DNA from: Octopus bimaculoides
Taxonomy: Eukaryota
NCBI RefSeq assembly: GCF_001194135.2
Contig: NC_068981.1
Span: 135,178,458-135,242,457 of the forward strand
DNA: 64,000 bases
Direction: 5' to 3'
Part shown: piece after piece, positions 53,840-64,000 of the stretch
Position numbering within the stretch: the stretch's first letter is position 1
Layout of the letters: each line of letters starts with the position of its first letter
The notes under the pieces: generated by a model
The model's database searches: none
Seen by the model: the letters and a program-made list of their open reading frames with translations, nothing else
What the model was told of the DNA's origin: nothing
Translations under genes and position numbers: made by a program

Positions 53840-54242
53840 AGGAAGCGGTCCAGCTTCCTAGGGCTAAACGGCAGTAGTGTGTTCCCTTCTTGGGATTGTC
53901 ACATTAAGTTGACAATACACTACAACTTTATCGCTGCACTACTGCTTAAATCTCTCTGAGAGATTTGGAAATATTATATTTCTAATTTTGCTGATCAGTG
54001 AATAAACTTCACTATGATCATATAAGTTTGCGAGAGCTAAACAAGCTTCTTTAACTAGCTGGCAAGCTACTTTAGGCTGATGATGAGCAAAGACTCAGAA
54101 ACATGTCCCTGAATGCTGGCTAGGCTGGGTGGAGGAGCTTGTCTTCCCCTCGCAAACTTAAGGACACAGTAATTGTGTCAAGGCAGACAGGAAGCGGTCC
54201 AGCTTCCTAGGGCTAAACGGCAGTAGTGTGTTCCTTTCTTGG
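53840..54242 (+). mobile_element. Retrozyme-like non-autonomous retroelement: 349-bp monomer plus 54-bp terminal direct repeat, containing a hammerhead ribozyme
   Basis: AGGAAGCGGTCCAGCTTCC...TTCTTGG at 53840-53893 recurs at 54189-54242 (1 mismatch, period 349). Type I HHR at 54071-54113. Many internal hairpins, no ORF. Sits between TA-rich runs between two SINEs. Confidence 0.8.
54071..54113 (+). ncRNA. Minimal type I hammerhead ribozyme
   Basis: Stem I TTTAGG(54071-76)/CCTGAA(54108-13); core CTGATGA(54077-83); stem II TGAG/CTCA with CAAAGA loop; GAAA(54098-101); palindromic stem III ACATGT(54101-106); GUC cleavage triplet, cut after C54107. Confidence 0.8.
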
Positions 54243-54272
54243 CATTTATATATATATATATTATATATTGTG

Positions 54273-54636
54273 TAGGCGCAGGAGTGGCTGTGTGGTAAGT
54301 AGTTTGCGTATGAACCACATGGTTCCGGGTTCAGTCCCACTGTGTGGTACCTTGGGCAAGTGTCTTCTATTGTAGCCTCGGACCGACCAAAGCCTAGTGA
54401 GTTAATTTGGTAGGTGGAAACTGAAAGAAGCTCATTGTATATATATGTGTGTGTGTTTGTCCCCCACCCATCGCTTGACAACTGATGCTTGTGTGCTTAC
54501 ATCCCTGTAACATAGCAGTTCAGCAAAAGAGACCAATAGCTTACAAGAATAAGTCCTGGGGTTGATTTGTTCGACTAAAGGCAGTGCTCCAGCATGGCTG
54601 CAGTCAAATGACTGAAACAAATAAAAGAATAAAGAA
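54273..54636 (+). mobile_element. Full-length tRNA-derived SINE (family A)
   Basis: Head GGCGCAGGAGTGGCTGTGTGGTAAG, B-box GGTTCAGTCCC, body CTTGGGCAAGTGTCTTCTA..GAAACTGAAAGAAGC, tail GCTCCAGCATGGCTGCAGTCAAATGACTGAAAC. Confidence 0.9.
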
Positions 54637-57023
54637 TATATATACATATATATATATACAGAGAGAGAGAGAGCGAGAGAGAGAGAGAGAGAGAGATCTA
54701 AGATAACTCAAAGGAGTCAGCAATGTAAATTTAGATTGTAAATGCAATGTTGTGGAAGTCATAGTGCACTGAATAGCAATCATGAGAAATTCTTAATGTA
54801 TTGAAATTTGCTTAATAAACAGAGAAGAAAAACATATAATTCCTAGGGGCAATTATTAAGAATTCTGAACAAGAAGGGAAGATGATTTTAAGAAATTAAA
54901 CGCAACTCCTTGGTTGAATAAACATGTTTAGAGAGAAAGGACAATGTGTTCTTTATTTTGATGCATGTTTCAGTGTCGATTTGGCCTCATCAACATAACA
55001 TTGTTTTTCTCACTTTCTCAAACAGATATAGCCAATTTGGGTGTGAGACATTTTGGCACAGCCATTCTTGCGCTGCCTGTTTGTTGTTGCTAATTAGACA
55101 TTGACCTATTTGACAGCAGATGTTTTAATATTTCTCTCATTTAACGTTTTTCTTTTTCTCTCTCCTCCTTTCTCTGTCTCTCCCTGTCTCTTTCTCCCTC
55201 TGTCTCTTTCTCTCTCTTTATCTCTTTCTCTCTCTCTATCTCTTTCTCTCCATATGTGTATATTTTTACATGCACATGCATTTCTTTGTGTGTGTGTGTT
55301 TGCCTCCAGCATAAAAATATACTGATGCCAAAAGAGAGTGAATGTCCAGTCACCAGTGCCAAATGATCAGTGTCGAAACAGCCACACCCAATTGACTCAG
55401 TCCAAGACAATTTAACATATAAAAGAAGACTTTAATACATTCTTGTCTAAGAGTAATTAGCATAATTAAAACTAAATGGAAATGTGAGAAAAATAATACA
55501 AAATTGACAAAGGTGCATAATTAATGCAGTTACAATAATTTATCAAAAATTTCCCTTTTGGAAACAAGGAAAACAAAATTCTGAAACCTGGCAGGAATTG
55601 TTAACAGTTCTGAATTTATACAATTTCATGTCACATGGACCATTTGGGTTATTTTCTCTTAGATGCTTTTAATTTTAATTATGGCAATTACCCTTTGCCA
55701 AGAATGAGGGCCAGAGTGAGAAGTAGATAATAGAATGACAAAAGAAGAGAATTTGAGAGATTAGATGAGAGAAAAAGATAGAGAGAGTGTATGAGTGAGT
55801 GATAGACAGCTACATGATGGTTATTGATAAGAAGAATGAATAGAAACAATGTGACCAAGTAGAGTGATACAACAGAGACAGTCATTGAGAGAAAGAGAGT
55901 GATAAGAGAAGCAGGTAAAGAGAAGAAAGTAATACATGAAAGACAAAGAGAGTAGTATACCACCAGACATATATATATATATATATATATACATACACAT
56001 ATATATCAATAACACCAGCTACATTCACCAACTTAGGTTGATCAGTACATCCACTACCAGCATCAACACACAATTCCGTCATTACCATTAGCAACACAAT
56101 AGTCTTCTGACATCATCAATGTTCACCTGCCATATATCTGTGTGTATGTATGTGTGTTTGTGTGTGTGTCTCTGTGTGTGTGTATGCATACATCCATATG
56201 TACGTATTGTATGTATGCATGTAATCTTTTTTTTTTACTTGTTTTAATTATTCAACTGTGGCCATGCTGGGGCACTACCTTGAAGTATTTTAAGCAAATG
56301 AGTTGATTGCAGAGCTTATTTTCCTTTTTAAAGCCTGTTACTTATTCTGTTAGTTTATTTTGCCAAACTGCTAAGTTATGGGGACACAAACACCACAAGC
56401 AGAGGTGGAGGACAAACACACATACACCCATGTGCCAACATGCATACACACACACACGCGTGCGCACACACACACGAACACCTCATCACCACAGTTATTG
56501 CTTCTCTCCACCCCAACCACTCTTTCATTCTCTTCTAAATTGAGTAGTCATGTAACCTCTCTACACCAAAAAACCTTGCTTTTTGCTCTGACCCTTTGTC
56601 TCTTACTTCAACCCTCATCTCCTAGCATAAAGTCACCTCTCTCAAGGTTTGTAGTCCAGCAAGCTGCATGGTGACTTCACTAATTCTGGTGATACAAAAA
56701 TGGCACCCAATACATGCTGTAAAGGAAGGACATCAAGCCATAGAAACCATGCCAAAATAGACAGTGGAGGTTGTGCGTCCAGGCAACCCTTTTCAGGGAT
56801 AGCACTGCCTGCTCCATTTTGGCTGATAGTTAGCAAGGTGAGACACACATAAGAAAGAAGAAAGCAAAGGACCACTGATGAGGTCACAGAAGTGTGACGA
56901 AAGAACTCTGGTCGAAATAGGATTAATGTAATATAATGTAATATAAAGCTGAAGCAAATTAACACCAAATATACAGTGCATGTGTTTTTATTGGCTAAAC
57001 TGGCAATATGACAATCCCCAAGT

Positions 57024-57055
<32 letters not shown>

Positions 57056-57173
57056 CTATATATATATATATACACACATATATGTATATATATACATATA
57101 TGTATGTATTCACCATGATATATCGCTAGCTACTACACATTCCTTTTTTTCTCTCCATGTTTCTTTCTGTGTT

Positions 57174-57235
57174 CCGTTCTGTGGAAGAGCGTAGGCTCGA
57201 AACGTTAAAGACTTTTTCACTTCCTGAGCGTTAAA
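57174..57235 (+). repeat. Variant hammerhead-like terminal motif, second copy
   Basis: CTGTGGA A GAGC GTAG GCTC GAAAC GTT AAAGA followed by ACTT..CTGAGCGTTAAAC, as in the 50641-50700 copy. Confidence 0.5.
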
Positions 57236-57609
57236 CTAATATTTTAAGCTTTATTTCCACTCATCTTTCGCACTATATTTCTCTATTCTTAATTTTCTAT
57301 TAATTTCTTTCTTTCGCTTCCTTCTCTTTCTCTAAATTGCCACTGATGTTAAATCTATTAACGTTTTTTTTTAAAAATAACTTGCCCGCATTCCTTTCAT
57401 CATATACAGGGTAATCAAATTCGTTTAAATGGCTTATTGGTGTGTTTTGTTTCTCTTTTTTCCCTGAAGAGATGATTACATTGTTTTACATCATTTTATT
57501 CCCTCAGGTATAATATCAATATTTTCTTCGAAACATATGTCGGAAGTATAAAGATTTGAATAACACCTGCAATTAACTCCATTTCTTAATTTATGTATGT
57601 ATCTGTGCG

Positions 57610-58409
57610 TGTGTGTGTATGCATGTATATATATATATATNNNNNNNNNNNNNNNNNNNNNNNNNNNNNNNNNNNNNNNNNNNNNNNNNNNNNNNNNNNN
57701 NNNNNNNNNNNNNNNNNNNNNNNNNNNNNNNNNNNNNNNNNNNNNNNNNNNNNNNNNNNNNNNNNNNNNNNNNNNNNNNNNNNNNNNNNNNNNNNNNNNN
57801 NNNNNNNNNNNNNNNNNNNNNNNNNNNNNNNNNNNNNNNNNNNNNNNNNNNNNNNNNNNNNNNNNNNNNNNNNNNNNNNNNNNNNNNNNNNNNNNNNNNN
57901 NNNNNNNNNNNNNNNNNNNNNNNNNNNNNNNNNNNNNNNNNNNNNNNNNNNNNNNNNNNNNNNNNNNNNNNNNNNNNNNNNNNNNNNNNNNNNNNNNNNN
58001 NNNNNNNNNNNNNNNNNNNNNNNNNNNNNNNNNNNNNNNNNNNNNNNNNNNNNNNNNNNNNNNNNNNNNNNNNNNNNNNNNNNNNNNNNNNNNNNNNNNN
58101 NNNNNNNNNNNNNNNNNNNNNNNNNNNNNNNNNNNNNNNNNNNNNNNNNNNNNNNNNNNNNNNNNNNNNNNNNNNNNNNNNNNNNNNNNNNNNNNNNNNN
58201 NNNNNNNNNNNNNNNNNNNNNNNNNNNNNNNNNNNNNNNNNNNNNNNNNNNNNNNNNNNNNNNNNNNNNNNNNNNNNNNNNNNNNNNNNNNNNNNNNNNN
58301 NNNNNNNNNNNNNNNNNNNNNNNNNNNNNNNNNNNNNNNNNNNNNNNNNNNNNNNNNNNNNNNNNNNNNNNNNNNNNNNNNNNNNNNNNNNNNNNNNNNN
58401 NNNNNNNNG

Positions 58410-58497
<88 letters not shown>

Positions 58498-58510
58498 ACA
58501 CACACATACA
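57610..58510. repeat. (TA)n/(GA)n/(CA)n microsatellite cluster around an assembly gap, representative of many in the window
   Basis: Direct reading. Other long runs at 24895-24938, 26010-26062, 44310-44550, 47020-47110, 52945-52970 (TAGA), 54660-54695 and 58978-59020. Confidence 0.95.
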
Positions 58511-58976
58511 TATATTTGTATATTTATATACTTTTAGTTATGCACGCATATACACGCATCTTAATCTGTTATTTTTCTCTTGTTTCAGTCAGTTTTGTGG
58601 CCATACTGGAGCACTGCCTTGAAGGGTTTAGTCGCATAAATCGATCCCATATCATGTGCATGTTTGTAAAACAAGGGTTAGCCGAATATAACGAGGCATT
58701 GTTTTACAGATGGATTCACGTCCTGTCTCTAACCTTTACATGTTTTTTTCTTCTCCGGGTAAGGGGTCTCATATTCTACACGTCTACGAAGGGGCAAGCC
58801 CACCCGACAGTTTATTGACAGGGAATATGGCAAGCCGTCACTTGTATCTCAGCAATTTTCGGAGAAGTGCAAGTATAAACAAGCCGCAAATGCACATGTA
58901 AAATGAACACTCGTATGGGTGTACGTACGTATGTATGTATTGTATTGTACATATTTGTGTATGTATGTGTACACAC

Positions 58977-59022
<46 letters not shown>

Positions 59023-60099
59023 CTGTTTATTATATCAAATATATACAAATTTATTTAGGTTTAGGTCCTTGAATCATTTTGTAACTTCTGCCGATTAAAA
59101 AAAAAAGTACACACACACACAAATTTAGAGGCCACACGAGGTAGATAAACGTGGTAAGATACGCATGCCTTTATTTTTCAAGGACGTTAGCGGCCTGAGT
59201 GAAGCACTTTAATTATGTCTAAGCTGAACTTGTAACTAATTTAGTTGAGATCATAAGAAATAGCCTGACAACAAAAGTCGAACGTCCCACAAAGGAACTG
59301 GAAATGATAATAAATTATTTCAAGACGATAGAAGAAAAAAAAAAAAAACGTGGTGCTGGTAGATGATGATAATGCAGATGTAGTCACATTGTCAGCTTTC
59401 ATTTTTGTCTCCACATGTTCTCTCTTCCTCTCGCTATCATTTGTTGTTGAACATAGTTGTAAGAATAGTCATTAACTGGTAAATTTCTTGTTACCACATG
59501 CTTATCTAACCCCACTGATGTCGTTCGGTCTTATGATCCATAGTTTTTCATTAATAATAATTTTATAGTCATAGAGAAAATTACGTAATGAAGAAATATA
59601 TTAATAAAACATTTAATTTTCTTTTTGCTGACATAACCTATCAGTTGTTCGCCTCAGACTAGTTAATTCTTAATTTATTAACTACAGCAGTTTTTTTTAT
59701 ACACGTGTGTGAGAGCATCTTCGCAAACATTTTAATTCAAGACAAGTTTGGCGAGAGCGATCCCAACATGTGTATTTTTCATTTCAGTAGTAAATATAAA
59801 AACGACTGGGACTGTCACATTGAGTTGGCAGTATACAAAAACGACATTGTTATATAGATAAAACAAATTTACAGCATATTACTAGCTACCACGAGGTTTT
59901 AAGATTTGAACCCCTCCACTCATAAAAATGTGTTCCGTATTCAAAGTAATGACGTTAAAGGTTTCGCTTTGAGAAACAAACCTCAATAATTTTTATATCC
60001 TCTTTAGTTCTCTAGACATTTTTTCGTGTGCGTAAAAAATTTTATTAAGTAACTTATAGAAAGTTTACAGGGAACGATATCAGTGAAGGAACAAGATGT

Positions 60100-60290
60100 C
60101 CGTGACTATAGGTACAAGGGCTGAAATTTTAAGGAAGAGGGATAATCGATTACAACGCCTTCAGTACATGACTGGTACGTATTTCATCGACGCCGTGAAG
60201 ATGAAAGGCAAAGTGGATCTCAGCAGAATTTGAACTCAGATCGCAAAGACAGACGAAATGCCGCTAAGCGTGAATTTTCACGAGGTAAAA
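60100..60290 (+). mobile_element. SINE family C
   Basis: CTGGTACGTATTTCATCGAC..GATGAAAGGCAAAGTGGATCTC..GAATTTGAACTCAG. Related copies at about 60860-61000 (+), 39815-39960 (-), 43320-43420 (-) and 40820-40900 (+). Confidence 0.75.
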
Positions 60291-60782
60291 CTCCATGAAA
60301 CTGTCAGGGAAAAACCCGAAAAAGAAGATGAAAAAAATGAAGAAAATGCCGAAGTTAATCAAAATAGTCCGTCAGCCGGCATAACACACACACACACATC
60401 TATAAAGCTGATATTTATATTCTTTTATTTTAAAAATACACGTGTTGGGGTCCTGTTGATCGACCTCTTAAAATCTTTGAAATTTTACGAAGACACACAC
60501 ACAACACGTAATTATTAAGAATTAATAAATAAAAAGCAACTATATATATATATATATTATCTTATGATATTTACTTTGTATTTTATTATACTCATTTATT
60601 GTGCTTTTAATTATTAATTTTTCTGTATGTGACTGGATTTTCATCGATGAGTTCATGAACTTTGGTTTTTTCCCTAAAACTATATATTTATATATATTTT
60701 ACTCTGTGAAGCTTAATTTAATTTTAATTTTTAATAAATTGATTTTAATTGAGTTTTTACCTGTAATTTTGGATTTTATCCC

Positions 60783-60823
<41 letters not shown>

Positions 60824-62574
60824 TTTTATTTGTCAAGAGTTGCAGTGGTTTCTAATAATGTGCAAAGGACCTGAAATTTTGGAGAAGTGGGTAGTCGATT
60901 TTATTGTCGCCGGTACTTGACTGGTACTTTATTTTATCGATCCCAGAGGAAAGAAATGCAAAATTGACATCAGCGGTATTTGAACTCAGAATCTAGTCGG
61001 AACAAATACGAGACTTGTTTTTTTTTTTTTTGAAGCTCGTCACTTAACAGTATATATTTATTAATTTTTACAAGACAAAGTTTTATAATAAATTCGCAGT
61101 TTGGAGTTACTAGATGTCATCAGACTATTTGATGACAGTAAACCGAGGTTTCGAAGTCACTGTCAACCTTTTCTTTGTGTATGTGTGCTTATCAGTGTCG
61201 AGGGCCTTCGGTATACTAACTGGTTTATAACTATGTTTACACACGCATACCCTGTCTATGTGTGTGTGAACTGTTTTATTATTTTAATATTCATAATGTG
61301 TATATGTATTTGTACAAGTGTGTGTGTGTGTACATACTTAGAAATAAATGCGATCCGGTTTCGATTTCCAGTTAGTGCATTATCACTCACGCTATTACAG
61401 ATTCTCTGGATACTTTCAGCATACACACACACACACACACGTTTCCGATTTTGTGTGCGTTTGTTTTGCACACACGCTTCCATTTTTATTTGTGTGCGTT
61501 TATCTGTTGATTAAAGTTTTTCACACACACACACTTACACATCGTGTACCCATGGCAGAACTAATAATAGTGCGTTCCGCAGAGTAGCGTCGCTATGGTT
61601 ACTGTACATCCTGTTTGTTCTGAAATATTTCTTTTCCGTATTTAAATTTCACATTTGTAGGTTTTCATGTTTTATTTTTTTTCTTTCACTACTGTATTTT
61701 AAAATTCGTTTTGTTTTTAAACAATGAAAATAACTCTCCACATTTTTTCTTCTTAGTAAATGTTATACTTGGACAGTTTTTCTCACAGGGATCGCGGTTG
61801 TGAGACTCGAAAAGGATGAAAAGGAGGCGGATTAACTGTCATGTTTAATTAAAATTCATCTGGTTTACAAACTTTTAAAGGCAAGACTTCCTTTGTNNNN
61901 NNNNNNNNNNNNNNNNNNNNNNNNNNNNNNNNNNNNNNNNNNNNNNNNNNNNNNNNNNNNNNNNNNNNNNNNNNNNNNNNNNNNNNNNNNNNNNNNNNNN
62001 NNNNNNNNNNNNNNNNNNNNNNNNNNNNNNNNNNNNNNNNNNNNNNNNNNNNNNNNNNNNNNNNNNNNNNNNNNNNNNNNNNNNNNNNNNNNNNNNNNNN
62101 NNNNNNNNNNNNNNNNNNNNNNNNNNNNNNNNNNNNNNNNNNNNNNNNNNNNNNNNNNNNNNNNNNNNNNNNNNNNNNNNNNNNNNNNNNNNNNNNNNNN
62201 NNNNNNNNNNNNNNNNNNNNNNNNNNNNNNNNNNNNNNNNNNNNNNNNNNNNNNNNNNNNNNNNNNNNNNNNNNNNNNNNNNNNNNNNNNNNNNNNNNNN
62301 NNNNNNNNNNNNNNNNNNNNNNNNNNNNNNNNNNNNNNNNNNNNNNNNNNNNNNNNNNNNNNNNNNNNNNNNNNNNNNNNNNNNNNNNNNNNNNNNNNNN
62401 NNNNNNNNNNNNNNNNNNNNNNNNNNNNNNNNNNNNNNNNNNNNNNNNNNNNNNNNNNNNNNNNNNNNNNNNNNNNNNNNNNNNNNNNNNNNNNNNNNNN
62501 NNNNNNNNNNNNNNNNNNNNNNNNNNNNNNNNNNNNNNNNNNNNNNNNNNNNNNNNNNNNNNNNNAAATACGCG

Positions 62575-62790
62575 GGAAAAATACGGAGATTATAATTCTG
62601 AAAAAAATTTCCAAAAATTTTTGTAAAACTTTTTTTCAGAAATTTTTTTTGTCAAAATATACAGAAAAATATGGAGGTTATGATTCTGAAAAAACTTTCC
62701 ACAAATTTTTCTATTTAGGGTTAGGGTTAGAGTTTTAGTTTTCCACAAATTTTTCTACTTAGGGTTAGGGTGGGGCTAGGGTTACGGAAA
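62575..62790 (+). repeat. Internally repetitive element with interstitial TTAGGG-like repeats
   Basis: Two copies of AAAAATA(C/T)GGAG(A/G)TTAT(A/G)ATTCTGAAAAAA; two TTCCACAAATTTTTCTA units each followed by TTAGGGTTAGGG. Confidence 0.6.
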
Positions 62791-63558
62791 AAAGTGAAAA
62801 ATGAAGAAATTGGAGGGGATGCCAGAAATTTCAAAATTCCAATTTTTGGCAATTTTCCGGAATCTCCATATCTGAAAATGTGGGTTTTTGGCAAAAAAAA
62901 ACAATAATTTGTGAGAAAATGGAGTGGGGAGGGAGGGCGGAGGAAGTCTTTCTGATACCATGCTGAGAAAATACGAATTAAATGGATGCATGTTCTATTT
63001 TATCTTTTCTGGTAGTATCATTGAACAAAATGCTTTGTGGTATTTCTGACTTTTTACGTTTTGGGTTCAATTCGCTCTGATGTCAACTTTACTTTTCATC
63101 GTTACTGAGTTGATAAAATAAAAGCAATCCTTCGATATTGGTACACGACATCATTCACTCATGACATGAATGATGTTGTATCCTCATATAGACGCTCTGT
63201 AGACTGATATCGCAGAAATACCAAATAAAGTGGGATTGAAGCTGTCTACTAATCTTCTTCCCTAAAATTTGCTGGCCTTGTACTTTAAATCAGAAACCAA
63301 AATAAGTGCTAACCAAGTACTGGAATTGATGGTGTCAACTAATTCGCTTACTGAATCTGCAGAGAAGACCAATAAAGAAGGCAATCTGGTGGTTCGCTGC
63401 TACAAAGATGCAAGCTGAGATCTGATCAGCCCTGGATGAAGGGGCTGCTACAGGGATGCAAGCTGGGACTCAAATTAAGCTTGGGTAATTAAACTGCCTG
63501 AAGGGGTCTGATGTTGAAATTCCCAAAACCTTCTGAAACCCTAGAAACATCACTCATG

Positions 63559-63738
63559 CACTAGCATAGCTAGAGTGTGTGCCGCCTGGGACAGCCCTTC
63601 CATTTGCCACCCCAGATCCCACAAAAAACACATATTGCCTACAGCAATAGCCTACAAGATGAAAAGTGTTTCTCAGGGCAGACTGCCCCCCCCCCCCNNN
63701 NNNNNNNAGACTGCCCCCCCCCCCTAGCTACACTAGTG
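63559..63738. mobile_element. hAT-like MITE
   Basis: TIR CACTAGCATAGCTAG / CTAGCTACACTAGTG; degenerate 8-bp TSD CACTCATG / CAATAATG (6/8). Interrupted by a 10-N gap. Confidence 0.55.
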
Positions 63739-64000
63739 CAATAATGATGCATCCCAGAACTTCCGTAAGAAGTCTCTTGGAACTTTCCTCAGAATTTCTG
63801 GCCTTGAGTCTATATTAGAAACAATTAATAAAAAGGCAGGGGTGTGAAAAATGTTAGTAATATTTTTGATGCCGGGCAGAACCCTGGTATATGTTATCTT
63901 AAAAATCATTGGACCAGGGTATACTTTTTTTTTCTCTTGTTTCAGTCATTGGTCTATGGATATGCTAGGACAACACTTTTGAAGGGTTTTAGTCAAATAT

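Noticed and set aside
53840-54242. CRISPR-like or LTR-retrotransposon interpretation of the 54-bp direct repeats
   Set aside because: Only two repeats, no spacer array, no TG...CA ends or primer-binding site, and no ORF; eukaryotic context.

Overview
AT-rich, microsatellite-dense animal genomic DNA with several assembly gaps. The SINE repertoire looks like a coleoid cephalopod (octopus-like); that assignment is inference. No protein-coding gene can be named. Splice signals, a YY1-type GCCGCCATCTTG motif and a by-eye CpG transition suggest a minus-strand transcription unit starting near 37.2 kb and running towards or past position 1. Its exon 2 (29943-30040) carries a possible ATG. Most of the window is mobile DNA: a defective 2.5-kb piggyBac with TIRs and TTAA sites, several piggyBac MITEs, a decayed Tc1/mariner (DDxD type), RTE-like LINE remnants, a 9-bp-TSD MITE containing telomere-like repeats, and many SINEs. 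The most striking signal is a set of small non-coding elements carrying type I hammerhead-ribozyme (HHR) folds. (1) A 349-bp, extensively base-paired monomer with a 54-bp terminal redundancy and a canonical CUGAUGA/GAAA/GUC core at 53840-54242, resembling a retrozyme or circular-RNA-derived insertion. (2) An HHR at the tip of a roughly 40-bp-arm hairpin at 42857-42991. (3) A zero-spacer head-to-head tRNA-SINE palindrome with a decayed HHR and a 12-bp TSD at 7409-7876. (4) Three copies of a variant HHR-like motif. All folds and alignments were done by eye and need computational and biochemical confirmation.
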